A DNA stretch of 64,000 bases from Paraburkholderia sp. (GTDB taxonomy: Bacteria; Pseudomonadota; Gammaproteobacteria; Burkholderiales; Burkholderiaceae): contig NZ_DASZJJ010000089.1 in the NCBI RefSeq assembly GCF_035948235.1, positions 3,467 through 67,466 on the forward strand, written 5' to 3'. Positions 9,671 to 18,732 of the stretch are shown here, piece by piece; position 1 is the stretch's first letter; each line of letters begins with the position of its first letter. Under the pieces are notes generated by a model. That model ran no database searches. It worked only from the letters and a program-made list of their open reading frames with translations, and was not told where the DNA came from. The translations under genes were made by a program, and so were the position numbers.

Positions 9671-10429
9671 TCACCACGGAATAGTCTCATTCTCCCAGTG
9701 CGTAAACGTACCCGTCGGACCCTGAGCGCCCAGCAGCGCGACGCGCACCGCCTCGCGTGCGCCTTGCTCGACGCTGTCCGTGCCCAGATAACCATTGAGG
9801 TTCGTCTTTGTAAAACCCGGCGAAACCGCGTTGACCTTGATCCCATCCGGCTCCAGTTCGATCGCCATGGCGACGGTCAGCGCATTGAGCGCGGTCTTCG
9901 ATGCCGGATACACCGGGCCGAAAATCGACCGATACGCGAAAGCCGGGTCCGAGTTGGTTGTCAACGACCCCACGCCGCTCGACACATTGACAATGCGGGA
10001 CCCCGGCGTTGCGCGCAGGATCGGCAGCATCGCCTGATAGACGGCGAGTACGCCGAACACGTTGGTCTCCCACACTGCGCGCATTTCATCGAGCGATACG
10101 CAGCCAGGGCGCGTCGTACTGGCGTAGTCCTCGAGTGACTGGCCCGGCAGCCTGCCGGTGTTCGAGATGGCCGCATTTTGAATCAGCACATCGAGGCGGC
10201 CGAATTCATCGCGCACGCGTTTCGCCGCGACCTTGATCGATGCATGATCCGTCACGTCGATTTGCAGGGCGTGAGCGTTCGGCCCGACTTCCGTGGCCGC
10301 CGCCTCGCCGCGCGCGAGATCGCGCGATCCCACCAACACGGTAAAACCGTGGCTCGCGAGTTCTTTCGCTATCTGAAGGCCGATGCCTTGATTGGCCCCG
10401 GTGACAAGCGCAACGGGTTTCTCCTGCAT
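9671..10429 (-). CDS. SDR-family oxidoreductase
   Basis: It has VTGANQGIG (TGxxxGIG) cofactor motif and a YxxxK site (YPASK). AGGAGATTGCC precedes the ATG. Confidence 0.9.
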   Translation of the reverse strand: MQEKPVALVTGANQGIGLQIAKELASHGFTVLVGSRDLARGEAAATEVGPNAHALQIDVTDHASIKVAAKRVRDEFGRLDVLIQNAAISNTGRLPGQSLEDYASTTRPGCVSLDEMRAVWETNVFGVLAVYQAMLPILRATPGSRIVNVSSGVGSLTTNSDPAFAYRSIFGPVYPASKTALNALTVAMAIELEPDGIKVNAVSPGFTKTNLNGYLGTDSVEQGAREAVRVALLGAQGPTGTFTHWENETIPW

Positions 10430-10475
10430 GGCAATCTCCTGGTTGGTTTCGGGGGCAACGATTCAGGGGCAACAA

Positions 10476-11225
10476 TTAGCGCGCTTCGGCGGCCCATGCG
10501 ATGGCGTCGGCGCCAGCGGGGATGTGCATCGGCGCCGATGGGTCGGTTGCGGCGCGCCACACGGCGACGGCGACGTCCTGTGCGTCAGTGACCGGCGACG
10601 ACGTATCCGCAAACCGCGCGAGCACGCTCTGCACGAGTTCTGCATAGGCCTCGTGATCGAAGCCATGCATACGCGAGCGCGCGTTGTCGCCAAAGCGCGT
10701 GGACGGCGCGCGGCCCGGCATGACGATGTGCGCGCGCACGCCGAACTGCGCGACCTCCAGCGCCATCGCCTCGGTGAACGCGTTCACTGCGGCCTTGCTC
10801 GCCCGGTAGGCGGCGATCAGCGGCAGCGGCTTGAGCGTCACGCTCGACGTCACATTCACGACGACGCCCGCCTGACGCTGCCGGAACTGCGGCAGTGTCG
10901 CCTGCGTCATGGCGATGGTGCCGATGGTGTTGGTTTCGAAAAGCTCACGCACCGTCTCAAGCGGCACGAGTTCGGCAGGAGACGCCGCGCCGAAGCCCGC
11001 GTTGTTGACGAGTACGTCGATCGGACCGGCGGCTGCGAGCGCCGCGCGGATGCTGTCCGGTTTCGTGACATCGAGCGCGAGCACGCGCAGGCGTTCCGAA
11101 GGCGGCAGCACGTCGGCATTGGGCGTGCGCATCGTGGCGACGACCTTCCAGTCGCGGGCAAGGAAGAAGCGGGCGATTTCAAGGCCAAATCCGGACGAGC
11201 AGCCGGTGATCAGGACGGTTTTCAT
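10476..11225 (-). CDS. SDR-family oxidoreductase
   Basis: It has ITGCSSGFG, NNAG and YRASK motifs and an ACGGAGCC RBS. Confidence 0.9.
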   Translation of the reverse strand: MKTVLITGCSSGFGLEIARFFLARDWKVVATMRTPNADVLPPSERLRVLALDVTKPDSIRAALAAAGPIDVLVNNAGFGAASPAELVPLETVRELFETNTIGTIAMTQATLPQFRQRQAGVVVNVTSSVTLKPLPLIAAYRASKAAVNAFTEAMALEVAQFGVRAHIVMPGRAPSTRFGDNARSRMHGFDHEAYAELVQSVLARFADTSSPVTDAQDVAVAVWRAATDPSAPMHIPAGADAIAWAAEAR

Positions 11226-11326
11226 TGTGGCTCCGTTGCGATGATGGAAACGTGCCCCTACGATAGATCGCTGAACCCGTACTTGCTACAATAAAAGATC
11301 CGAAAAACATTGGCAGGAGTCCGGCG

Positions 11327-12238
11327 ATGATCGACCCGCTGGCGGAAGTGGTGATGCTGCTGCAACCGGGCGCACGGTTCTCCAAGCTGGTCCACGGCGC
11401 GAGTCCGTGGCGCATCAGCCGCTCGGATGCGGGCCAGCCGTTCTATTGTGTGGTGCTGGAGGGCGGCTGCCGCATCGCCATCGACGGACATGCGCCCATC
11501 GAGCTGCTCTCGGGGGATTTCGTGCTGATTCCCGCGGCCTATGGCGTCGCGACGTCCAGCCTCGTGCAGCCGCCGCCGGGCGTCGAAACGCCAGCACCCG
11601 CGCCGCTGGGCAATGGCGAATATCGCATCGGCGCGCTGGACCGGCCGATCGATGCGCGCATGTTGGTCGGTCACTGCAGCTTCGGCTCGCCGGATGCGTC
11701 GCTGCTGGTCTCGCTGCTGCCGCAAATCGTGCATGTGCGTGGCGAGCAGCGCCTCGCCACGCTCGTCGAACTGGTGCGGGAAGAGTCGCGCGAGCAGCGG
11801 CCCGCGCGCGAGGTGGTGCTCTCGCGGCTGCTGGAAGTGCTGCTGATCGAGGCGTTGCGGTCGATGGCGGGCACGAACGCCTCGCCGGGGTTGGTGCGTG
11901 GACTTGCCGACCGGCGTCTTTCGGCCGCGATCCGCGCGATGCACGAGCAGCCGACGCACGCGTGGACCGTTGCGGATCTCGCGAAAGAAGCGGCGCTTTC
12001 GCGGTCGACTTTTTTCGAGCGCTTCAACCACGCGGTCGGCGTCGCGCCGATGGAATATCTGCTGACATGGCGCATGGCGCTCGCCAAAGACCTTCTGCGC
12101 CGCAACCAGGGCCGCATCGCCGAAATCGCGCAACGCGTTGGCTACAGTTCGGCCAGCACGTTCAGCGTCGCGTTCACCCGCCACGTCGGCCGCCCGCCCA
12201 CGCAGTACGCACGCGAGGAGCAAGTGGTGGGGCGCTGA
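11327..12238 (+). CDS. AraC-family transcriptional regulator (cupin N-domain)
   Basis: The C-terminus has a double HTH (WTVADLAKEAALSRSTFFERF ... IAEIAQRVGYSSASTFSVAFTRHVG). It is divergent from the SDR pair. Confidence 0.9.
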   Translation: MIDPLAEVVMLLQPGARFSKLVHGASPWRISRSDAGQPFYCVVLEGGCRIAIDGHAPIELLSGDFVLIPAAYGVATSSLVQPPPGVETPAPAPLGNGEYRIGALDRPIDARMLVGHCSFGSPDASLLVSLLPQIVHVRGEQRLATLVELVREESREQRPAREVVLSRLLEVLLIEALRSMAGTNASPGLVRGLADRRLSAAIRAMHEQPTHAWTVADLAKEAALSRSTFFERFNHAVGVAPMEYLLTWRMALAKDLLRRNQGRIAEIAQRVGYSSASTFSVAFTRHVGRPPTQYAREEQVVGR

Positions 12239-12267
12239 TTTGAAGGCGAACCCACATCTCGCGATCG

Positions 12268-13170
12268 TTACGATTTACCCTCTGCAAGCCGCTTAACCAG
12301 AAAATCGATCACAGTCCGCAGCATCGCAGTAGGGCGCAGATCGCGCGAATGCACCAGATGCATCGGCGTATGCACATGGCTCCATTCGGGCAGTACGCAA
12401 ACGAGGCGACCTTCGGCCAGATCGTTTTCCAGCAGCATTTCCGGTTGCAGGACGATACCCGTGCCACTCAGTGCAGCGGCACGCAACGCGCGACCATCAT
12501 TCGCGCTAAAGCGTCCCTCAACGGGAACATGGCATATTTGCCGATCCGGGCCAACCAGGGTCCAGAAGAATTCTTTCTTTCGCCAATAGGAAAGACCCAG
12601 GCAGGCATGCTCGCGCAGGCTTTCCGGCGAGTCGGGCAAACCGTGCTGCTCGATATAAGAGGGCGCAGCCGCGAGCACACGTCGGTAAGCATGCAACGCG
12701 TGGGCGACGAGATCCGCGCTATCGAGTTCGCCGATATGGATGGCGAGGTGATAACCCTCGCGCATCAGATCGACGGGCGCATTGTCCAGCGTGAGATCCA
12801 CGCTGACTTCAGGATGGAGTTCGAGATATTCGGCCAGCACCGGCGCGAGTTTTTCGCTGCCAAAGCTCACGGGCGCGACGATCTTGAGCGTGCCGCGCGG
12901 GCTGCTGCGCAATTCGGCGGCGCTGGCTTCGGCCTGTTCGAATTCGTGCAGTGCGCGTTTGCATCGCTCGTAATAGAGCGCGCCAATTTCCGTAAGCTGA
13001 TGTTGACGCGTGGTGCGGTGAAGCAGCTTTGCGCCGAGCCGCTCTTCGATATCGCGCACATACCTGGCGGCCATCGTGGCGGTGACATGGCTGAGCGCTG
13101 CCGCCGCCGCAAAGCTCCCGGCTTCGACAACGCGGACAAACATCTGCATGCCGGCCAATTTATCCGCCAT
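12268..13170 (-). CDS. LysR-family transcriptional regulator
   Basis: The N-terminal wHTH is MQMFVRVVEAGSFAAAAALSHVTATMAARYVRDIEERLGAKLLHRTTR. It is divergent from the tautomerase gene. Confidence 0.9.
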   Translation of the reverse strand: MADKLAGMQMFVRVVEAGSFAAAAALSHVTATMAARYVRDIEERLGAKLLHRTTRQHQLTEIGALYYERCKRALHEFEQAEASAAELRSSPRGTLKIVAPVSFGSEKLAPVLAEYLELHPEVSVDLTLDNAPVDLMREGYHLAIHIGELDSADLVAHALHAYRRVLAAAPSYIEQHGLPDSPESLREHACLGLSYWRKKEFFWTLVGPDRQICHVPVEGRFSANDGRALRAAALSGTGIVLQPEMLLENDLAEGRLVCVLPEWSHVHTPMHLVHSRDLRPTAMLRTVIDFLVKRLAEGKS

Positions 13171-13282
13171 TCGAAACCTCGCGGTTCAGGCTGTCACAAC
13201 CTAACGTCCGTTTATCCATGATTCGCGCTTCCCCATAATGACTGCGTCCGCGTCAATGGAACGCGGGAAAAACGGAGTCATT

Positions 13283-13468
13283 ATGCCTATCCTTCGAATC
13301 GAAATGCACCCCGGCAAGACGCTGGAACAGAAGCGCGAACTGGAACGCGGAATCACGGACGTGTTTGTGGAAACCCTGGCCTGCCCGCCCGAAGTGGTTG
13401 AGATCGTCTTTAGCGAAATTGGGAAAGATGCGTGGGCAACGGGCGGCAAGCTGAAGTCGGATACGTGA
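13283..13468 (+). CDS. 4-oxalocrotonate tautomerase family enzyme
   Basis: 61 aa beginning MPILRIEM, where Pro-1 after Met removal is the catalytic residue of this family. ACGGAG lies before the ATG, and the upstream in-frame ATG at 13238 is rejected. Confidence 0.85.
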   Translation: MPILRIEMHPGKTLEQKRELERGITDVFVETLACPPEVVEIVFSEIGKDAWATGGKLKSDT

Positions 13469-13494
13469 TGTAAGCCCGGCAAGCCTGGTTGATG

Positions 13495-13528
13495 AAATGG
13501 CTTTGCGTTAAATCGCAAAGCCATTTTT
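13495..13528 (+). terminator. Rho-independent terminator
   Basis: AAATGGCTTTGCG-TTAAAT-CGCAAAGCCATTT followed by TT, located between convergent genes. Confidence 0.75.
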
Positions 13529-13554
13529 CATGGCCGCGCAATCACTATCGCCAC

Positions 13555-14412
13555 TCAATCGGCAAAATCAGTCGATGCCGATAGTGCTTTCCAGTTTTGC
13601 GTTTCCTGCTCTACGTAAGCGTTCTTTGCCGCGATCGCAGCCAGCGTGTCCGTACCCAGCGGAAGGCGCAGCGGCGGATTCGACGCCTCGACCAGCGTGA
13701 CCATGGCAGCGGCGAGTTTGATCGGATCGCCGGGCTGGTTGTGATTCATCTGCACGGCCTTGCGGCGAACCGCACCCGAGGTTTCGTCGTAATCGTCGAT
13801 CACGTCTGGCGCCACGACCAGTGACGACGCATCCAGAAAGTCGGTGCGGAAATAACCCGGCTCGACTACGGTCGCGTGGATGCCCAGCGGTTTTAATTCG
13901 GCATGGAGGGCTTCTGTAATGCCCTCTACAGCGAATTTTGTCGATGAGTAGACCCCAAATCCTGCCGCCGCCCGATAGCCGCCAATCGACGAAATATTGA
14001 TGATGTGGCCCGCGCGTTGCGCGCGCATCGCCGGCAACACCGCGCGTGTGACGTTGAGCAGGCCGAACACATTCGTGTCGTACATGCGGCGCACGTCCTT
14101 GTCGGCGGATTCTTCGACCGCGCCCAGCAGGCCAAAGCCCGCGTTATTCACCAGCACGTCGATGCGGCCGAATTTGTCGAGCGCCGCCTGCACGGCGGCC
14201 CTGGCCTGTGCCTCGTCGGTCACGTCCAGTGCCACCGGCAGCAGCGCGGCGGATTCGCCGAGCCGTTCGACGATGGCCTGGGCATTGCGCCCGGCCGCCA
14301 CGACCGCATTGCCGTCGGCGAGCGCTGCCTGCGCGATCAGCGCGCCGATGCCGCGCGACGCGCCCGTGATGAACCATACGCGCTTGAAATTGCCTTGTTG
14401 TGCGTCAGCCAT
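13555..14412 (-). CDS. SDR-family oxidoreductase
   Basis: It has ITGASRGIG, NNAG and YSSTK motifs. AGGAGAAACATC precedes the ATG. Confidence 0.9.
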   Translation of the reverse strand: MADAQQGNFKRVWFITGASRGIGALIAQAALADGNAVVAAGRNAQAIVERLGESAALLPVALDVTDEAQARAAVQAALDKFGRIDVLVNNAGFGLLGAVEESADKDVRRMYDTNVFGLLNVTRAVLPAMRAQRAGHIINISSIGGYRAAAGFGVYSSTKFAVEGITEALHAELKPLGIHATVVEPGYFRTDFLDASSLVVAPDVIDDYDETSGAVRRKAVQMNHNQPGDPIKLAAAMVTLVEASNPPLRLPLGTDTLAAIAAKNAYVEQETQNWKALSASTDFAD

Positions 14413-14532
14413 GATGTTTCTCCTACGTGGGGGGATGAAGTGCTGCCATGGTAGGCCTCGCGATTGACACGAACTAGACGTCGTTCACTGGAGTGATAAT
14501 CAAGTTTTTCTTGCGAATCTGAGGCGCGAAAG

Positions 14533-15504
14533 ATGAACGGAATTCGTGCAATCAATACCTTCGTGCGAGCCGCGACGCTCGGCAGCCTGCGCAGCGCGGC
14601 GGTCGATCAGGGCATTTCCCCGCAGGCCGCGAGCCAGGCGGTGATGCAACTGGAGAAAGATCTGGGCGTGCGGCTCTTTCATCGCACCACGCGCAAACTG
14701 AGCCTGACGGAAGAGGGGCAACGGCTGCTCGACAGCGTAACGCCCGCGCTGACGATGCTCTCAGGCGCGCTGGACGAAGCCCGGCGCTCGAAGGATGAAG
14801 TGGGCGGCGTGCTGCGCGTGAGTGCGCCGCGCGCTTTCGGCCTGCCGGTTCTGTGGCCGTATTTCGAGGAATTCCAGAAGCGCTATCCGGATGTGCAACT
14901 CGAAGTGCAATTCGACGATCAGTTCACGGATCTCGTGACAGACCGGGCCGACGTGGGTTTTCGCGGCGGACCGCCACCGTCGGGTGGCTCGATTGCGCGC
15001 CGGCTGGTGCCGATCCAGTTGATTGTGTGCGCCTCGCCGGACTATATCGAGCGCAACGGTGCGCCGCGCACCATCGACGAGCTGGCGCAACATCGTTGCA
15101 CGGGGTATCGGCGCGCGAATACGGGCAAGCTCGCGCAGTGGCAATTTCTTGTCGGCGATGAAATCGTTTATCGCGATCTGCCCGCGGCCATCTGCGTGAA
15201 CGATACGGAACTGGAAACGCAGGCGGTGCTGGCGGGCCTTGGCATCGGGCAGTTGGGGAGCTTCAACGCCACGCGTCATATCCGCAGCGGCCGGCTTGTT
15301 GCGCTGCTGCCGCAGCATGTCACCGAATACGGGATGATCTACATCTACTATCGGCATCGGACCGAACAGCCGCTGCGCGTGCGTACGTTCATCGACTTCA
15401 TGGTCGAGCGCATGACCGGCAATCGCGATTTCTTCCTGGACGAGTCCGAACTTCGCGCGGCGCAGCAGGTGAAACGCAAACGCGGGGCGAAGCGGCGAGA
15501 GTAG
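14533..15504 (+). CDS. LysR-family transcriptional regulator
   Basis: The N-terminal HTH is INTFVRAATLGSLRSAAVDQGISPQAASQAVMQLEKDLGVRLFHRTTR. It is divergent from the SDR. Confidence 0.9.
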   Translation: MNGIRAINTFVRAATLGSLRSAAVDQGISPQAASQAVMQLEKDLGVRLFHRTTRKLSLTEEGQRLLDSVTPALTMLSGALDEARRSKDEVGGVLRVSAPRAFGLPVLWPYFEEFQKRYPDVQLEVQFDDQFTDLVTDRADVGFRGGPPPSGGSIARRLVPIQLIVCASPDYIERNGAPRTIDELAQHRCTGYRRANTGKLAQWQFLVGDEIVYRDLPAAICVNDTELETQAVLAGLGIGQLGSFNATRHIRSGRLVALLPQHVTEYGMIYIYYRHRTEQPLRVRTFIDFMVERMTGNRDFFLDESELRAAQQVKRKRGAKRRE

Positions 15505-15526
15505 CGTTTCGTGGATCGAATCGAAG

Positions 15527-15552
15527 AAAGCGCGCCATTGACGGCGCGCTTT
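15527..15552. terminator. Hairpin between convergent genes (weak bidirectional terminator)
   Basis: AAAGCGCGCC-ATTGAC-GGCGCGCTTT. Confidence 0.5.
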
Positions 15553-15573
15553 CCATTTCCTTTCGACTCCTGA

Positions 15574-16140
15574 TCAACCTTTCTTTCCATCGACGCCCAG
15601 CAAACCGCGAATCGTCTGCTCGGTCTGGTCGTAATCGCCCTCGCCGAAATGGCTGTAGACCAGCTTGCCGTTCTTGTCGATGAGATACTGCGCGGGCCAG
15701 TACTGGTTGTTGTACGCATTCCACGTCGCATATGAATTGTCCTGCGCGACGGGATATTCGATACCGAAACGCGCGACCGCTTTCTTCAGGTTGTCGGTAT
15801 TGCGCTCGAACGGGAGTTCGGGCGTATGTACGCCGACTACCACCAGCCCCTTGTCGCGATAGCGCGAATACCACTCCTTCACATAGGGCACGGTATGCGC
15901 GCAGTTGATGCAGTCGAAGGTCCAGAACTCGACCAGCACGACCTTGCCGCGCAACTGCTTCAGATCGAGCGGCGGACTGTTGATCCAGGTGTTGATGCCG
16001 GTGAAATCGGGCGCGGGTGCGCCGTTCTGCACGGCGGCCGGTTCGGTGGCGGCGGGGCTGGCAGTCGATGCAAAGACGGCGTACGCGGCGGTGGCGGCCA
16101 GGGCGGTGGCGACGGCGGCGATCTTGAGACGTTCGAACAT
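15574..16140 (-). CDS. Secreted thioredoxin-fold redoxin (TlpA/AhpC-TSA-like)
   Basis: The 188-aa product from ATG 16140 (GGAGAGCCCGAC RBS) has a signal peptide and a WTFDCINC (CxxC) motif. It is a paralogue of the thioredoxin domain of the adjacent DipZ. Confidence 0.85.
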   Translation of the reverse strand: MFERLKIAAVATALAATAAYAVFASTASPAATEPAAVQNGAPAPDFTGINTWINSPPLDLKQLRGKVVLVEFWTFDCINCAHTVPYVKEWYSRYRDKGLVVVGVHTPELPFERNTDNLKKAVARFGIEYPVAQDNSYATWNAYNNQYWPAQYLIDKNGKLVYSHFGEGDYDQTEQTIRGLLGVDGKKG

Positions 16141-16454
16141 GTCGGGCTCTCCAGGAAAGGTTGGGATACGGGTGCATTGGACCGTGCGCACGTATCCGCT
16201 ACATGTCCCCAACGGCTGCCGTGTGCAACGTAATGTGTCGCGGCCCGCGCCGGATACCTGGCGATACAAATCGGCCGCGCCGTGCGGTGCTTCATGTATC
16301 CGCGTGTATCCCGGCAGCGGCGCGATACATACGGAGGCGCCGCGCGCGGTTTCCCGACATTCACCCGATACATCCAGACCTTGAAATACCGCACATGGCC
16401 AGGGCGCCGCGTGCGTTCCTCGAATTTTGTGTGGATCTGTCTGGAGACCGACTC

Positions 16455-18305
16455 ATGTTGCTGCTCGTCGTCGCATTCATCGGCGGTGTGTTCACCGTCC
16501 TCAGTCCCTGCATCCTGCCGGTCGTGCCGTTCGTATTCGCGCGCTCGGACCAGCCCTTTGTCACCGGCCGTCTGCCCTTGCTGATCGGGCTGGGCGGCAC
16601 CTTCGCACTGCTCACGGGACTGGGCGCAGCGGGGCTCGAGGGCGCAGCCCGGTTGAGTGAGTATGGGCGCTATGTCGCGCTGGCGCTCTTTGCGGTATTC
16701 GGCGCGGCGCTGCTGTTTCCCGCGCTGGCCACGCGGCTGGCGCAGCCGCTGACCACGCTCGCTGATCGTTTCGTCGCGCGCTCCGGTGGTTCCGGTGGTT
16801 CCTATGGTTCCGATCGTTCCGATGGTTCCAGCACGCAGGGCACGGCGGCCCAGGTTGGGCCGGCGTTGTTGCTCGGCGCGGCGACGGGGCTGCTGTGGGC
16901 GCCTTGTGCCGGGCCGATCCTCGGTTTGATCCTGACGGGCGCGGTCCGCCATGGCGTGACGTGGCAGACATGGGCGGCGCTTGGTGCGTATGCGGCGGGC
17001 GCAGCGTGTTCGCTCGCGATAGTCGCGAGTCTCGGCAAGCGTGCGATGGATGCGCTCAAGCGCTCCCTGGGTGTGGGCGAGCATCTGCGCCGCGCATTGG
17101 GGGTGCTCGTGCTGGTGACGGTGGGTGCGATTGCATCTGGCGTCGATACGCGGGTGCTCGCGCATTTGCCGGGTTCGCCGACCGAAGCGCTGGAAAACCG
17201 GCTGACCGGCCAGTTGAATGCGAACGCCACCGCTGCGGCGGCGTCGGTTGTGACCGTCCGACAGGCGCGGCAGTCGCCGAAGGCGAGCAGCCTGCGCGTT
17301 TCCACATCCGCCGCCGCTGTGCCGCCCGCTGCCGCGCTGCCCGTGGAAGGCACCTTGCCGTCGCTCGATGGGGCATCGGCGTGGCTGAATTCCGCGCCGC
17401 TCGCGCCGCAGGATCTGCGCGGCAAGGTCGTGGTGGTCAACTTCTGGACCTATTCGTGCATCAACTGTTTGCGCACGCTACCGTATCTGAAGACCTGGGC
17501 GCAGCGCTATCAGAACGACGGGCTGGTGGTGATCGGCGTGCATACGCCCGAGTTTGGATTCGAGCACGACGCCGGTAACGTAAAGCGCGCGCTGGCGGAT
17601 CTGGGCATCCGCTATCCGGTTGCGATCGATAACGACTATCGCGTCTGGAACGCCTTCGGCAATGCGTACTGGCCGGCGTTCTATATCGTCGATGCGCAAG
17701 GCCGCGTGCGTTATCACCACTTCGGCGAGGGCGACTACGGGCAGGCCGAGCGGGCGATCCGGCAATTGCTCGCGGAAAACGGCCACTCGACCGATGCGCA
17801 TGCGGCTCACGTCGTGCAGGCGAGCGGCGCGCAGGCCCCGGCCGATCCCGCCGATACGGGTTCCGGTGAAACGTATCTGGGTTATCGCGAGGGGCGCGGC
17901 TTTGCTTCGCCGCAAGCGTTGCAGCCCGATAGCACGGCCAGTTACACGCTGCCCGCCAATCTGCCGCTCAATGCGTGGGCGCTCGACGGGCGCTGGAATA
18001 TCGGCGCGGAATCGGCTGTGCCTGCAGCGCCGCAAGCGGGCGTCGCCTACCGTTTCCACGCGCGCGATCTGCATCTGGTGCTGGCGCCTGCGCCGGACGG
18101 CAAGCCGGTGCGCTTTCGCATCACGATCGACGGTGCTGCGCCCGGGGACGCACACGGCGCCGATGTTGCCGCGGACGGTACGGGCGTCGTGACGGGCGCG
18201 CGGCTTTATCAACTGGTGCGCCAAAGCGGGGCGATTGGCGACCGCATCTTCGAAATCCGCTTTCTCGATGCCGGTGCGCGGGTCTATACGTTCACATTCG
18301 GTTGA
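16455..18305 (+). CDS. dipZ: Cytochrome c biogenesis/thiol-disulfide transfer protein DipZ (CcdA-like membrane domain + thioredoxin domain + C-terminal domain)
   Basis: It starts MLLLVVAFIGGVFTVLSPCILPVVPF (DsbD/CcdA-type TM Cys), with a second WAPCAGP motif. The periplasmic thioredoxin domain carries WTYSCINC, and ATG 16455 follows CTGGAGA. Confidence 0.85.
   Translation: MLLLVVAFIGGVFTVLSPCILPVVPFVFARSDQPFVTGRLPLLIGLGGTFALLTGLGAAGLEGAARLSEYGRYVALALFAVFGAALLFPALATRLAQPLTTLADRFVARSGGSGGSYGSDRSDGSSTQGTAAQVGPALLLGAATGLLWAPCAGPILGLILTGAVRHGVTWQTWAALGAYAAGAACSLAIVASLGKRAMDALKRSLGVGEHLRRALGVLVLVTVGAIASGVDTRVLAHLPGSPTEALENRLTGQLNANATAAAASVVTVRQARQSPKASSLRVSTSAAAVPPAAALPVEGTLPSLDGASAWLNSAPLAPQDLRGKVVVVNFWTYSCINCLRTLPYLKTWAQRYQNDGLVVIGVHTPEFGFEHDAGNVKRALADLGIRYPVAIDNDYRVWNAFGNAYWPAFYIVDAQGRVRYHHFGEGDYGQAERAIRQLLAENGHSTDAHAAHVVQASGAQAPADPADTGSGETYLGYREGRGFASPQALQPDSTASYTLPANLPLNAWALDGRWNIGAESAVPAAPQAGVAYRFHARDLHLVLAPAPDGKPVRFRITIDGAAPGDAHGADVAADGTGVVTGARLYQLVRQSGAIGDRIFEIRFLDAGARVYTFTFG
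16785..16829 (+). repeat. In-frame 9-bp tandem repeat x5 inside dipZ (encodes GGS GGS YGS DRS DGS)
   Basis: GGTGGTTCC GGTGGTTCC TATGGTTCC GATCGTTCC GATGGTTCC. Confidence 0.9.
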
Positions 18306-18330
18306 GTGCGACGCGCGGGGAGAGCAAGTA

Positions 18331-18579
18331 TCAATCGTCTCCCCAGCGCCAGTGCGGCGGCTCGCCCTTGAGCCAGCAGAGGCCGATGAGCACGAGGCTG
18401 AGCAGCGTGACCGCCAGAATGAACGCGCCCATGTGGCGATCCGGCGCGAAAACGCGAATGGTCGCGCCCAGCAACGCGAAATAGCCGAGGAGGACGAGCC
18501 AGCCCTGCCAGCGCGTCGGCAGTCCCCAGCCCCAGCCATAGCGTTTGGCGGGGAACCAGTAGTCCCGGTTGGATGACAT
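18331..18579 (-). CDS. Small membrane protein, unknown function
   Basis: 82 aa with two hydrophobic helices and Trp-rich ends (YGWGWGLPTRWQGW ... PPHWRWGDD). CAGGAGCGAAAC precedes the ATG. Confidence 0.65.
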   Translation of the reverse strand: MSSNRDYWFPAKRYGWGWGLPTRWQGWLVLLGYFALLGATIRVFAPDRHMGAFILAVTLLSLVLIGLCWLKGEPPHWRWGDD

Positions 18580-18648
18580 CGTTTCGCTCCTGGTCGTGGC
18601 GTTGATCCTTCGGTATTGTCGCTTCTTCTGTGTGCAGGAGGCCAGATA

Positions 18649-18677
18649 TTGCAGTAATTTATAAAAAATTACTGCAA
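18649..18677. promoter_or_regulatory. Perfect 12-5-12 palindrome, putative operator 1
   Basis: TTGCAGTAATTT-ATAAA-AAATTACTGCAA sits in an AT-rich island between divergent genes. Confidence 0.7.
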
Positions 18678-18691
18678 TGCTGTAACGATCT

Positions 18692-18720
18692 TTGCAGTAA
18701 AATCTAAAAAATTACTGCAA
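18692..18720. promoter_or_regulatory. Imperfect 12-5-12 palindrome, putative operator 2
   Basis: TTGCAGTAAAAT-CTAAA-AAATTACTGCAA has two mismatches. Its centre is 43 bp from operator 1, and it ends 12 nt before the ATG at 18733. Confidence 0.7.
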
Positions 18721-18732
18721 TTTCTACGCACC

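Noticed and set aside
13238-13282. Upstream in-frame ATG that would extend the tautomerase to 76 aa
   Set aside because: 4-oxalocrotonate tautomerase family enzymes need an N-terminal Pro after Met removal. MPILRIEM at 13283 with a GGAG RBS fits that requirement, and the extension does not.
15960-17165. 401-aa minus-strand ORF containing a TIGTIGTIGTTGTTG repeat
   Set aside because: The repeat is simply the antisense reading of the 9-bp tandem repeat inside dipZ. The ORF spans the divergent promoter region and has non-protein-like composition.
18649-18720. Possibility that the palindromes are LexA/SOS boxes
   Set aside because: The proteobacterial LexA consensus is CTGT-N8-ACAG. These sites are TTGCAGTAA-type with a 12-5-12 geometry and contain no CTGT/ACAG pair at the right spacing.
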